Shown piece after piece: positions 12,629 to 26,192 of a stretch of DNA of 64,000 nucleotides. Position numbers and translations under genes: made by a program. The notes below the pieces were generated by a model. The model searched no databases. It was not told the DNA's origin and saw only the letters and a list, made by a program, of their open reading frames with translations. This stretch comes from Eledone cirrhosa. Lineage: Eukaryota. The stretch covers positions 16,058,001-16,122,000 of the forward strand of contig OZ024761.1 in NCBI GenBank assembly GCA_964016885.1. The letters are read 5' to 3'. How positions within the stretch are numbered: position 1 is the stretch's first letter; every line of letters begins with the position of its first letter.

Positions 12629-15600
12629 GTAAGTGAGAGATACTCCTTTATTTCTTGACTGTTTGTTCTTATATTTTTTCCTTATATGTATATATACAGT
12701 ACAGGGATGGCCAGGTTGTTAACTCTTTAGCATTTACATTACTCTATATTTACTATTGTATTTACACAATAAACACTTTATCTCACATAATATTGAATCT
12801 ACGAGATTTTAATATTATTTATTTTGAGAACAATACCTTAACATCAATATGAGAGGTCGCTTTGAACAGGAAGAGGTGAGAGAATTCTGGCTGGGTATGG
12901 CCTGTTTAAATGCTAAAGAGTTAAGGAGTCCACTTTCCAACCACGTTTCCGGTTCTGTTCTACTTACTGCATGGCATTTGGGGCAAGTATGTTTAATATA
13001 AGCCACAAACATAGCTTTGTTTCTTTGGTGAAGAAAAATTTATATATTACTTATTTTTTGTGTAAAACGACAGGTCATGTACTAGTATTAATAATAGGAT
13101 GGTGGAATGGCAGTATCATTAGAGCGTTGGACAACATGCTTTGCCACATATAGTTATGGCCCTTTACAATCTAAGTTCAAATCCTCACCCTCAAAAATTA
13201 TTGGGCTTGCGCCTAAATCAGAAACAATTTTTATTATTATTATAAAAAAGATAAAATGAAATAATAATAATTACTATTATTAAGGGTTGCAATATTTGTA
13301 GAACGTCTGACATCATGCTTTATGTTCTGAGTTCAAATCCTGCTGAGGTTAACTTTGCCTTTCATCCTTACGGGGTCGATAAAATAAAGTACCAGTAATG
13401 CACTAGGGGTAATTACATGCTTTGTGCCAAAAGTAGAAACAATTATTAAGGGTTGTGGATTGTCTACCATGCTTCACAGCATAGAGTTACAGCCCTTTAT
13501 GTTCTGAGTTCAAATCCCGCCAAGGTTAGCTTTGTCTTTCATCCTTACGGGGGTTGATAAAATAGAGTACCAGTAATGCACTGGGGTTGATTTAATCGAC
13601 TTTCCCCTGCCCCAAAATTGTTGGCCTTGTGTCTAAATCAGAAACCAATAATAGCTTTTTTTTTTTTTTGCAGGTGAGTGGGTTATCCCTGAAGAAAAAT
13701 GAAAATATTACAGCCCTGAATCAGAATACAAACAGCACACCTACAGCTGATTCAAAACAGAGCACTACTACACCAGCACCAGTGAAACCTGCAGCTGAGA
13801 ACCCACCACCGCACACTGATGATGATGATATTGGTAAGATGAACAAATTGTATCATTTATATATTTGTGTGTCATGCATGCACGGCCCTGAAACTCCTGT
13901 AGGAGTTGTAGGTGTGCTGTATTGACATATGGCATTTCTAGGGTATTTTTTAAACCTGGCAGAGCCCATCTCCTCACCCTGGTCTGAACACAGCAGCTTT
14001 CTTCCAGTGAAGGATAGAGAGTGAGAGAATGGAAGTGAGAAAGAGATATAGAGGAAGAATCGACCCCAGTATCAGACTGGTACTTTTTGATCGACCTCAA
14101 AGTGATAAAAAGCAAAGTTGACCATGGCAGGATTTGAACTGAGAGAGCAGAGAGCTGAACCAAATACTACAAGGCATTCTATCCGACATTCTAACAATTC
14201 TTCCATTTTGCCGCCTTTACAGAGCATATCAGCATCATCGTTTTTATGTCTGTTTGTTCCCACTTGCATGGCATCTCTCCACTTGTTGCATTCCTTCATC
14301 TCTGAGTCTCAGCAATTTGACGTTAGCTCTCACCACCTCTGCCCAGGTCTTTCTTGGTCTACCTCTACTGTGGCTTCCACTGGCATTACTGGATGTATTT
14401 AAACCGGCCGTATCCAGCCAGAATTTTCTCACCTCTTTCTGTTCTAACCAGCCGTAACGGCTGCTCATATTTATATTGATGTACTGTTCTCAAAATAAAT
14501 AATTGTTTTTACTTTTGACACAAGGCCAGCAAATTACCCAGTACATTACTGGTACTTTATTTTATCGATCTTGTAAGGATGAAAGGCAAAGTTAACCTCG
14601 ACGGGATTTGAACTCAGAACATAAAGGGACGTAACTATGCCAGAAAGCATGGCGTGCAACCCTCTACCGATACTGCCAATTCACCGATCAAAATCTCATA
14701 GATTCGATATTATGTGGAATAATTATGTAAGATAAAGGCGTTACTGCGAAAATACAAGAAAATATAGAGTAATGTAAATACTAAAAGGTTAAGTATGTTG
14801 AATTACTGACTGTTTGTATGCATTACATTTCAGAAACCTCGAAGGAAGATGCTTCATATTTGCGTAAAATTCTCCGTTCTAAGTTGGTCACCACAAATGC
14901 AGATATTGAAGTGTCAAGGAAGGATCCTCGATCTCCGTTGTATTATGTCAAGACATTTGATGACTTGAGTTTGTAAGTATAAATAAACATCTTCTTAGTT
15001 TTCTATCTTTATCAGTATTTCAACTCTTTTGTTTCCCTAAGTTCAGTATCCTCTGGAGCAGGACAACTTAGGCTGAGCTCCCATCCCACTGCCCTAACTA
15101 AAATGTTGCTCAATATGGCATGTTTAACACAATTGCCTTTGTCAACAAATACAAACCCTACCTTCCCATGCATATCTCATCGGAACACAGGCACCACTAA
15201 ATAGGGACAGGTGTAAAAACTAGAATGCATGCATTATCCCATAAGTCCCAAGAAAGTTGTAGGGGTGCTGTATTGACATACAGCATTTCTAGTGTTATTT
15301 TAAAAACCTGGTGGAGCCTATGTCCTCTCCAGGTCTGAATACAGCAGATTTCTTCCAGAGATGGATATAGAGTGAGAGAATGGACACGAGAAAGAGATAT
15401 AGAGGAAGAATCTACCCCAGTATTTCACTGGTTCTTTTTTTTTTTTTTTATTGACCTCTATCTAATGGATGAAAGGCAAATTTGGCCTCAGCGGGATTTG
15501 AACTCAGTCAAACTGGTCTCTTAGAAATGCCAGTATGTGTTATGTCTGTGATCCTGCTGCTAGTGGTGGAACTGACCTCTACAAGTAGCTTAAAGCAAGC

Positions 15601-18600
15601 CTCTGTTCTATGTAATCCAAGACACACCTGACTTGATATTCAGCAGGTTCCTCGGTTAGCACTTGCACTATAGCTGTCACTGTTCAATAGCAAGAAGTGT
15701 TGCTGTTGATCATATTATCCCAAAGTGTGTATGTCTGTGGCTGGAGACCACCACCTGTGTAAACCATATCTCCAATGAAGCCTACAACTTGACATTAACT
15801 TGGTCACTTCTTCTCACTAATCTCAGGGGAATACTAAAGTGTCCTGGGTACTATGTCCTAAACTATTTTAATCCCACTATATGGTCTTTGGTGGCTTAAG
15901 CAGAGTCCACTCTGTTTCAAAAACTCAGAAACTTGTCCTAAAGTTTGAGGCTAACTTTGTCCCTTCTCCTCCCAAATCTGAGGCCCTGGAAAAATATAGG
16001 TACCCTGAGTGTTACGGTTCCTTTCCCGACAACTCTAAAATAATAATTATGGTTTCTGATTTAGAGCCATCAATTTTAGGCGTGGGATTTGAACTCAGAA
16101 CATAAATGTCTATACCTCTATGCTGTGAAGCATGGTTGCAGACGCTCTACCGACAATGACAATCCATAACCCTTAATAATAATTATTATTATTATTATTA
16201 TCATTTCATTTCATTTTTTTCTATTTATTTTCATATTAATAATAATAACAATCCTTACTTTGTTCTATCGACAGAAAACCTGAACTTCTTAGGGGTGTGT
16301 ATGCAATGGGTTTTGATGCTCCTTCAAAAATTCAAGAAACTGCTTTGCCAACCCTTCTAGCCAACCCGTAAGTATACTTTAGCTTCTGTTCTTTCAACAA
16401 TAGAGAGAGATTTCTCTATGTGATGTAGTTCTAGTGGCTGTTTTGTACTTTTCAAGAACGTCTTGTTAATGCAGTTTCATATGGTTTGCAAATGTTCATA
16501 GTATTTTTACTTGTGGACTTTATTTCACGTTGATCCTTCTGCCAGGAGTTGCGACCAGTAGATAGTATCAGAAATGGAAAGACTAATGGAAACATAGTTT
16601 CCTTAGTCTGATTTGATGAGTCCACCCCATTCAGCAAGTGAATTAGGTGTCTTGAGAAATAAAATGTCTTGCTCAAGGACACAATGCATCACCCGGTCCG
16701 AGAATTGAACTCGCAACCTTGTCATTGCAAATCCAACTCTCTAACCACTAAGCCACGTGCTTTCACACACATATATATAGAGAGAAAGAGAAAATAAATA
16801 ATACATGTACTCACAATTATTGACTTTGATAATAAATATCATTTAACCCTTTAGCATTTACATTATTCTATTTATACTATTATATTTATACTAAGGGCGG
16901 TGGATTGGCAGTATCGGTAGAGGGTCGGACGCATTGCTTTCCAGCATAGTTACGTCCCTTTACGATCTGAGTTCAAATCCCGCCGAGGTTGACTTTGCCT
17001 TTCATCCTTACGGGGGTCGATAAAATAAAGTACCAGTAATGCACTGGGTAATTGCTGGCCTTGTGCCAAAAGTAGAAACAATTATATTTTTGTGGTAAAG
17101 GCATTATCTCACATAATATCGAATCTATGAGATTTTGATATTATTTACTTTGAGAACAATACCGTAACATCAATATGAGTGGCCAGTTACAGCCAGTTTA
17201 AATACTAAAGGGTTAAATTTGTGTCACCTTCTTTATTGTCAGTCCTGTAAACATGATTGCCCAGTCACAGAGTGGAACAGGAAAGACAGCTGCCTTTGTT
17301 CTTACCATGTTAAGTAGAGTTGATGTGAACCTCAAGTACCCTCAGGTAAACTACTTTCATGCCAGCAGGTTTTGTTTTTTCCTTTTTTTTTTTACTTTGG
17401 AAACACATACAAACGCTGACTAACATACATACACGCAAATATATATTTGCGCACATACAAACGCTCACTAGCGCACATATACACAAATATATATTTGCTC
17501 ACTAACACGCACACACGTGCTCGCAAATTCACAAACACCCATGTATACAAGCATGCATATAAACACACACACACACTAGCACATAAGCACACATGTGCAT
17601 AACCACATATGTATACAAAAATTCACACACAGGCACACACGAGAACATAAACACATGCACACAATTACATAAACACACACAGATGGGCCGTACGAGGGCC
17701 AAAACACTTGTTTGAGTGTGTGTGGGGGGATTCTTCTTTGAAGACCTGCTGTCCAGCTCTCCTGAGAGTTTCTTACCACACACAAAGACACACACTGGAA
17801 CATAAACACACACACACAAACTACAGTTATTACAATATAGATTCATACAATTGTTTTTTTTTTTTTTTTTCCTTTCCAATACCAGTGTCTGTGTTTAGCT
17901 CCTACATACGAACTAGCAATTCAAATTGGCGAAGTAGCTACAAAAATGGCCATATTTATGACTGATGTCAAAATAGGATTTGCCGTTCGAGGAACTGAAC
18001 GAGGTATTTATTATATTTTTACTTCAAAGCCATTCCATGACCTCCCCTCCCCTCATCCTCCTTTCTAATTTATTGAGCAGTTTCCATACAGGAACACCAC
18101 ATTATTTGCATATCTCCTTCCAAATGTTGCTTCTAATTTTCCCGTCAAATTATGCAGTTTCTGTATAAGAATAGACATTAAATATCCATTATTACCTGCA
18201 GTGACTATCATCATCATTGTTTAACATCCATTTTCCATGCTAGCATGGGTTTGATGGGTTGTCCCATTAGAGGCAAGTTGGGTCAGGTGATCGTGTCTTC
18301 CTCATATAGAACTATTTCTGGCTTGGTTTTTATGGCTGGATGCTCTTCCAAACACCAACCACATTTACAGTGTGTTACATAATATAAAAAAAGATGTTGG
18401 TTTGTTGGTTCCTTTGCGTTTACTCACACAAGTGATACAAACACACAGCTGTGACAAATCTTAGAATGATGGACTTCTATAGTTTCTCGCCTCCCCCTTC
18501 CTCAGTCATATGTGACAGACAAATACACATTATTATATTATTGAAAGGGCGGTGGATTGGCAGTATCGGTAGAGGGTCGGACGCCATGCTTTCCAGCATA

Positions 18601-21312
18601 GTTAGGTCTCTTTACGATCTGAGTTCAAATCCTGCCGAGGTTGACTTTGCCTTTCATCCTTACGGGGTCGATAAAATAAAGTACCAGTAATGCACTGGGT
18701 AATTGCTGGCCTTGTGCCTAAAGTAGAAACAATTATTATATTATTGATTTTTAGGGCGGTGAATTGGCAGTATCGGTAGAGGGTCGGACGCCATGCTTTC
18801 CAGCATAGTTATGTCCCCTTACGATCTGAGTTCAAATCCTGCCGAAGTTAACTTTGCCTTTCATCCTTACGGGGGTCGATAAAATGAAGTACCAGTAATA
18901 CACTGGGTAATTGCTGGCCTTGTGCCAAAAGTAGAAACAATTATATTATTGATTTTTTTTTTTATTTATTTATTTATTTATTTTTTTTTTCAGATAAAGT
19001 TTTCACTGAACAAATTGTTATCGGAACTCCGGGCACTGCATTGGATCTTGGAATAAAATTTCATGCCTTTGACTTGAAACAAATTTCAGTTTTTGTATTA
19101 GATGAGGCTGATGTGATGATTGCAACACAGGGCCACAAGGATCAATCCATCCGAATTAAACGGTAGGTGACGTAAGGAAACCATACACAGTACACTCTGT
19201 AAAAGGCGGTTTGACGTTAAGGACGGGTATCCAGCCACAAAAACCATGCTGGTTATGGAACGTAATGAGCAAAATTGGGGCCCGCACTGATCTGCCTTGT
19301 CTCAGACCGTGACAACCTGTCCAACCCATACTAGTTTTGGAAGTGAATGTAAAATGATGATGATGTGACAACCTTTCTAGTGTTGGTGATGATGTTGATC
19401 GTCATTATCACCATTGTTCATGCTAGCATGGGTTAAACAATTTGTCCCAGGCATGAGACAAGTCAGATTAAGTGACCCTGTCTTGCTCATACAGAACTGC
19501 TTCTGGCTTGGTTTCTACAGCTGGATGCCCTTCCCAAAGCAAACCACATTTACAGTGTGGACTGGGTGCTTTATGTCATGACACCTACACCACTACTTTG
19601 CAGTGTGTGTACTGGGCGCTTTTTAATTGTGACACCTACATGACCACTTTACAGAGTGGACTTGGTGTTTTTGTCATGACAGAGTTTATAGGTCAGTCTG
19701 ATTTGCTGCCTAATTCTTTATTTCTCATTTTTATTTTTGTCTTTTTAATTGTTCTTTTTTTAGAAATTTAGGAAAATGCCAGATGTTGCTATTCTCTGCC
19801 ACATACGATAGCGAAGTCATGAAATTTGCCCAAGATATTATCCCAGATGCTGTGACTATCAGGCTGCGCCGAGAAGAGGAATCTCTCGATAACATCAAAC
19901 AATATTACATTGAATGTTCAACCCAGGATGATAAATTTCATGCTCTCTCTAACATCTACGGTTCAATATCTATTGGACAAGCTGTTGTTTTCTGCAAAGT
20001 AAGTAGAAAGTCTCTGGAAGGAGAATGAGTGAAGTTTGAATGGTGTCCTGTCCTTAGCTATGTTGATATTTTACTCGTTGTTTAGCTCTATTTATCTCTG
20101 CCGACTGCCAGGTTACCTCTCTCTCATGACACATGTCCCTCCAAAGATCTTTATCCATATATATATATATATATTTCGACCCTCAACCGTAACACCCTTT
20201 CGCTGGTGGGTCAGCAGTGATGGCTAAATTACTACCCATCTTCACCTCCAGGCTTCTAGCTTATCTCCTCTCTCATGGAAAGTAAACATTAACCTTTAGC
20301 ATTTACATTACTCTATATTTACTATTATATTTTGATGGTAAAGGCTTTACCTCACATAATTATCTCATAATATCAAATCTATGAGATTTTGATGCCATTT
20401 ATTTTAAGAACAATACCTTAACAGTTCCCATGACTTTCGGAAACATTTTTTCACGCTCAGAGTTGCTGAAGCATGGAACAAACTACCTGCATCAGTTGTT
20501 AGCTGTCGAGACACTGCATCCTTTAAGGCCTTCATGCTTCCCGAGATCCGCCAACACTACAGCTAACACATACAAACATGTACTTCCCTGGCATTTGTGT
20601 ATTATTCTATGTACTATATTGACGAGTTGTAGTGCACCTGAGCACTTTACACAATAATTTCATTATTATAACATCAGTATAAGCAGCTGGTTACAGCCAG
20701 TTTCAATAGAAAGAGATGAGAGAATTCTGGCTGGTTTAAATGCTAAAGGGATAAATGATGATGTTATTTCTTAGTAATTTTCACACATTTCCTTTCGTTT
20801 TGTTTCATTTCTGTAGACTAGAAAGTCAGCTTCTTGGTTAACTGAGAAAATGAGTCGTGATGGCCATGCTGTCGGTTTGCTGAGTGGAGAGTTGCCCATC
20901 CAACAGAGAGCCGACATCATCCGACGTTTCAGAGAAGGCAACGAGAAAGTCCTGATTACCACAAATGTTGCTGCTCGAGGTAAGATGTTGTTAACACAAA
21001 CATGTAGGTGTCACGAGAAAAAAACTACTCACAGTCCACGCTGTAGTGTGGCCGTGTAGGTAACACGGTAAAAAGTTCCCAGTTCCACACTGTAAATGTG
21101 GTTGGAGTTAGGAAGGGCATCCAGCCGTAGAAAACCTGCCAGATAGTCCTATATGAGCGAGACACGGTCCCCCGACCAACCATGCCTCAAGTGGGACAAC
21201 TCCCGTCTAACCCATGCTAGCATGGAAGATAGCCGTTAAACGAAGATGATGATGATGATGATGATATACGTGTGTGTGTGTGTGTCCGCCCATCAATCAA
21301 TCTGTCTCTCTC

Positions 21313-21344
<32 letters not shown>

Positions 21345-21844
21345 TATGTGTGTGTGTATGGTATCAGCAGGAAAATGCACGTAGAGACTCAATTATATAA
21401 GATCAGCTGACAACTGCAAATCTAGTCCTCTTCAGCCACATGCTTACATGTAATTTTGCACATTAAGCTTTTTGCATACACGCATGCACTCATATTTATA
21501 TATATATCATCATCATTTCATTTTACATCCACTTTTCCCTGCTTACAAGGGTGGGACGGGAACTGATTCTGGCTTGATTTCTACAGCTGGATGCCCTTCC
21601 TAACACCAACCTCATTTACAGTGAGTGCTGGGTGCTTTTTTTTTGCCGTGGCACCTCCACAACCACTTTGCAGTGGAATGATAGGGACCCCAGTCCCTAT
21701 CATCTCATTTCTACAGCTGAGTAAACTGGAGCAATGTGAAATAAAGTGCCTTGCTCAAGGAAACAACACATCACCCGGTCTGAGAAATGAACTCACAACC
21801 TTTCAATTGCAAGGCCAATGCTCTAACCACTAAGCCATGTGCCT

Positions 21845-21936
<92 letters not shown>

Positions 21937-21984
21937 TGGTATGACCTTATCTTACTCCTACATGCTGGTCAGTGTGTGTGCATG

Positions 21985-22015
<31 letters not shown>

Positions 22016-22352
22016 GTGTATGTGGTTGTGTGTGGCTATATATAAATTTTTGGCACATAAATAGAGAGGAGTAGTTTGACTACCCCATACATCTGCTGCC
22101 TGTGTGATTGTATGTGTGTGTGTAAAAGGAAGGAAGGGGCTGGTGAAACAGCTATAGCAAAATAGTGGCTGCCATTCCACTTGTTATGCTGTATGTGTGT
22201 GTTTGTGTGAATGTATGTCTCTGAGTGTGTCTGTGTTTGTGCGTTTATATTTATGTATTCATACATATAAATGTATGTATATGCACATGCACACACATAT
22301 ACACATACACGTCAACATGTTGAAAAAATCAAAGTATATATATGTGTGTGTT

Positions 22353-22388
<36 letters not shown>

Positions 22389-24247
22389 CAAGTTAATATA
22401 AATTAATATATGATAAACACGTAAGTGTTTGTATTGTAAAAGACGAAGTTAGCTAGAATGAAATAAACTAATTAAATATATGTATGTATATATAGCTAAA
22501 TATTTTTCTCTTTTTCTCTGGCACTGCGCTTGAAACCATTATCAGGAATTGATGTTGCACAAGTAACCATGGTTGTTAACTTTGACCTGCCGACCTTGCA
22601 AGATGGTAAACCAGATTTTGAGACCTACCTTCACCGTATCGGTCGTACCGGAAGATTTGGTAAGGACGGAATTGCTCTGAACATGGTCGGCAGGAATAAC
22701 TTGAGCATCCTTCATGAAATAGAGAGACATTTTGGTAAGTACTTTGTTTTCATTCTCCCTTTGAGTTCCCTTTTTGTTACGGTATTTTAGTGTTTCGAAC
22801 AAACAATCATCATCATTATTGTTCTTGCATGGGTTGGAATGGTTCTTCTCAGCACAGCATCTCTCCACTCGTTGCATTCCTTTGTCATCTTCTCTATGAG
22901 TTTCAGTGATTTGAGGTCAGCTCTCACCGTCTCTGCCTAGGTCTTTCTTCATCTACCTCTACTCTGGCTTCCTCCCACTGGGATTTCCTGGCACTATTTC
23001 ACCCAGCGATCATCACCCAAGCGCATTACATATCTGTACCAACACAGTCTCCTCTCTTGCACACCACTTCAGATTCCCTTAAACCCAGTTTCTCTCTCGG
23101 CTCCTCCAAGCTCTGCCTTTCCCGCATTGCACATCCAGTGAAGCATGGTTGCTTCCTTGTATAAAATTATGAGGAAAGGTTTTAATATAATTATAATGAT
23201 TTTAACCTACAGCTGAGTAAACTGGAGTAATGTGAAATAAAGTGTCTTGCTGAAGGACACTATGAACCAGTTCAAGTATCGAACTCACAACCTCACGATT
23301 GCAAACCCAATGCTCTAACCACTAAGCCATGTGCATTCACAGTTCATATGTATATATATATATATAGAGAGAGAGAGAGAATCTGTGATACTGAGACCGA
23401 GGGGACCACTAATCATGCAGAGTGGGTATAGAGATACTTAAAATCCCAACTGCGGCACCAAGCGCTTTCAACTTGTGTCACATGCCGAAACTGCTTGGCA
23501 CTGTGGTCAGGATTTTTCATGTATATATATATATATATAAATGGAGGCACATGGCTTAGTGGTTAGATCATTGGCCTTGCAATCGAAAGGTTGTAAGTTC
23601 AATTCTCAGACCGGGTGATGTGTTGTTTCCTTGAGCAAGACACTTTATTTCACATTGCTCCAGTTTACTCAGCTGTAGAAATGAGATGATAGGGACTGGG
23701 GTCCCTATCATTCCACTGCAAAGTGGTCGTGGAGGTGCCACGGCAAAAAATCACCCATCACTCTCTGTAAATGAGGTTGGTGTTAGGAAGGGCATCCAGC
23801 TGTAGAAATCAAGCCAGAATCAGTTCCCGTCCCACCCTTGCAAGCAGGGAAAAAGCGGGCATAAAATGAAATGAAATGATATATATGAAAAGCACCCAGT
23901 CCACCCTGTTATATGTCATTTTAGTACCACAATAAAAAAAGCATCCGGTCCACACTAATATGGAAGGACATCCAACTGAAATACAAATCCATATGAGCAA
24001 GACGTGCGTCACCTGACATGACTTGCCACACAGCCCCCCCCCTCTGTTTGTTGCTTGGTTTTGTTTTTATCCTTTTTTATCCTTTCATATTTCTATCAAT
24101 ATTTGCAATGTTATTTCTACATCTGTGAATTGATTTATTAAATATAAAATAGCTAAGCATTAAATGTTCTCTAATTTAACAGCCCGAACAATCTTGAAAC
24201 TTGATGCCAATGATGTGGATGAATTGGAGAAGATAAGTGAGAACTAA
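12575..24247 (+). CDS. DDX19: ATP-dependent DEAD-box RNA helicase DDX19/DDX25 (Dbp5 family), 11 coding exons
   Basis: Exons 12575-12628, 13674-13833, 14834-14972, 16275-16367, 17243-17345, 17886-18003, 18994-19162, 19764-19998, 20817-20979, 22546-22734, 24183-24247 are all GT-AG and in phase. Motifs: Q motif [55 protein letters not shown]; Dbp5-type DPRSPLY. Confidence 0.95.
12719..12924. mobile_element. piggyBac-type MITE (TTAA...TTAA); other copies at 14395-14792, 16844-17216, 20289-20753, 26887-27080 and 61396-61624
   Basis: TTAA-CCCTTTAGCATTTA ... TAAATGCTAAAGGG-TTAA termini, shared ~200-bp body. Confidence 0.82.
13674..13833 (+). CDS. DDX19: DDX19 coding exon 2 (VSGLSLKK...HTDDDDI)
   Basis: Poly-T + cag acceptor, gtaaga donor, phase 0 to phase 1 fits neighbours. 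Confidence 0.8.
14834..14972 (+). CDS. DDX19: DDX19 coding exon 3 ([19 protein letters not shown]...[15 protein letters not shown])
   Basis: Dbp5-specific N-terminal extension; tttcag / gtaagt. Confidence 0.93.
16275..16367 (+). CDS. DDX19: DDX19 coding exon 4 (Q motif)
   Basis: [31 protein letters not shown]. Confidence 0.95.
16895..17083 (+). mobile_element. Family A SINE inserted in a piggyBac MITE
   Basis: Full head-to-tail copy; about 15 further copies in the window (e.g. 13300-13650, 14503-14687, 25735-25950, 29710-29870, 40150-40340, 43098-43286, 45288-45460, 45743-45930, 63110-63280). Confidence 0.88.
17243..17345 (+). CDS. DDX19: DDX19 coding exon 5 (motif I)
   Basis: [27 protein letters not shown]. 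Confidence 0.95.
17886..18003 (+). CDS. DDX19: DDX19 coding exon 6 (motif Ia)
   Basis: [17 protein letters not shown]. Confidence 0.95.
18546..18942 (+). mobile_element. Two tandem family A SINEs
   Basis: Copies 18546-18735 and 18754-18942, separated and flanked by ATTATATTATTGA. Confidence 0.88.
18994..19162 (+). CDS. DDX19: DDX19 coding exon 7 (DEAD box)
   Basis: IVIGTPG...[23 protein letters not shown]. Confidence 0.95.
19764..19998 (+). CDS. DDX19: DDX19 coding exon 8
   Basis: [11 protein letters not shown]...[12 protein letters not shown]...IGQAVVFCK. Confidence 0.95.
20425..20670 (+). mobile_element. CR1-type LINE 3' end (also 24425-24710 minus and 52501-52796 plus)
   Basis: [24 protein letters not shown]...SFK followed by shared 3' UTR and (ATT)n tail. 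Confidence 0.85.
20817..20979 (+). CDS. DDX19: DDX19 coding exon 9
   Basis: TRKSASWL...[17 protein letters not shown]. Confidence 0.95.
21507..21847 (-). mobile_element. Young tRNA-headed SINE (family B)
   Basis: Head GGAGGCACATGGCTTAGTGGTTAGAGCATTGGCCTTGCAA, CCTTGAGCAAGACACTTTATTTCAC domain; near-identical copies at 23541-23880 (+), 28874-29190 (+), 35296-35620 (-), 54030-54313 (-), 62533-62824 (-). Confidence 0.88.
22546..22734 (+). CDS. DDX19: DDX19 coding exon 10 (motifs V-VI)
   Basis: [16 protein letters not shown]...[17 protein letters not shown]. Confidence 0.95.
23541..23880 (+). mobile_element. Young family B SINE, inverted relative to the 21507-21847 copy
   Basis: Reverse complement of the 21507-21847 copy with few differences. 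Confidence 0.88.
24183..24247 (+). CDS. DDX19: DDX19 last coding exon ([20 protein letters not shown])
   Basis: aacag acceptor, TAA at 24245-24247, AATAAA at about 24320. Confidence 0.9.
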
Positions 24248-26126
24248 CAGTGGTTCAGTGACTTGAAGTGGAGACAACATTCATTGAAATACACAAAAGA
24301 AACAAACAAAAAAAAAAAAAATAAATAAATTTATGTATTTTTTTCCCCTTATATTGTAATATTAAATTGTATTATTGAAGACAAAACAAAACAAAAACCA
24401 AGCAGAAAAAAATCTCTGTTTTATATAATAATGAAATTATCGTGTACAGTGGTGCACTACAACTCATCAAAGGTGCATGTATAGTACATAGAATAATGTA
24501 CAAATGTCAGGAAAGTGAACAGTGTATGAGTTATGATATACACTCAGATATGTACATAAACATGCGTGTGTGTGTGTCTGTGTGTGTATGGAGGGGGAAT
24601 ATCAGATGTAGTGTTGGCAAATTTCGGGAAGCATGAATGCAGGAAATTTGTTCCATGCTTCAACAACTCTGAGTGTGAAAAAATGTTTCCAAAAGTCATG
24701 GGAGCTGTGAAAATTCCAGTTCCATCATTTGCCAACATAACTCATTTTAGATTACTGTTTATTATCTCATCATCATCATCATTGTTGTCACCTTCATCAT
24801 CACCACTGTTGTGGTGTTCATCATCCTAATTTTTCAACGTCTGCTTTTTGCTGCCAGCAAGGGTTGGACATGTCGTCACAGACCTGTCAGTACTTAGTTG
24901 AGTTGGAGCCCCTGGGTGGACCAACAGCCCAACGTACAATCTCTGCGCTCGCTCTACCATGTACATATTTTATATCATGGCACCGATAACGGGGAGGTTG
25001 TCGGGCCTTTGGCAAGTTTTCTATGGCTGGATGCCCTTCCTATCACCAACCACTTTACAGTGTGTATTGAGTGCATTTATAGTGTAGATTATGAACACAA
25101 TGTTTACAATACTCATGGGCCTCCTTTTTTAGGCAATGCTTTGCAGCCAAATGCTTTTCCTGGAGTGAGATGGCTCAATCTCGCTCATATATATATATAT
25201 GTGTGTGTGTGTGTATATACACACCTACACATTTTACATTATATATAAAATTATTCTTTATATAAACAAATACATAAGCTTCACGTGTGTATTACATAAA
25301 ACAAAAAGGTTTTTTTTCCTCAAAAAATATCTTTATTATCAAATTAGATTTTTAAAAAAATCCTCTTCTGTTTCGTACAGAATAATTCACTCTGTTGTTC
25401 TGTCTTGCTCTCCCTCACTGTTTTATCCTCTTGAGATCAAACCCCCTGAAACTGACCCTGTTTCTATGTTACAAAACTGTTTATTTTAATGTGTTTACAT
25501 TTATCTAAAATCCTTCCGTCATAATTTTATGTAAAAACTTATGTTACAAATACTAACTTAATGAGAAAATTACTTATATTAACTAAATCTGTCCAAATTC
25601 TTGATTATTCTTAAAATGGTTTTTAAATCTTCGGCAGTGTCTTTTGTTAGTAATATGTCAACAAGTCAGTTAAAGTGTTTATATTTATCTAAAAACTTTC
25701 CATCATAATTTTATGTAAGAACCATCTTAATAATTATCTCTACTTTAGACACAAGGCCAGCAATTTGAAGGGGAGAGGAAAGTCGATTAAATTGACCCAA
25801 GTGCATTGCTGGTGCTTTATTTATCGACCCCATAAAGATGAAAGGCAAAGCTAACCTTGGCAGGATTTGAACTCAGAACATAAGGGGATGTAACTCTATG
25901 CTGCAAAGCATGGTGTCCAACATTCTACTGATACTGCCAATCCACCACCCTAATAATGAGAAAGTTAACTAAATCGGTCCAAATTCTTGATATTCTTCAC
26001 ATGATTTTAAAATCATAGGCAGTGTCTTTCATTAGAAATATGTTAACAGAAGGGTAGGCTAAGTCTTGTAATAAATGTTTACTGGGGAGGTGGGGGTGGG
26101 CAAGTTTTCCTTTCTTGCTTGTTTTC

Positions 26127-26192
26127 TTAGCCTTCTACTTTGGTTTTTCCTTTCTTTTGGAACCATTCAACGCTTTTATCTTCTTCCATTGC
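26127..26192 (-). CDS. GLOD4: GLOD4 exon 10 ([21 protein letters not shown])
   Basis: ttgcag acceptor; conserved DKS.EWF. Confidence 0.93.
   Translation of the reverse strand, partial: AMEEDKSVEWFQKKGKTKVEG

Noticed and set aside
23541-23615. tRNA genes at SINE heads (also 1860, 28874, 33190 and others)
   Set aside because: A/B boxes are present but there is no closed acceptor stem, and the sequence continues into SINE body.
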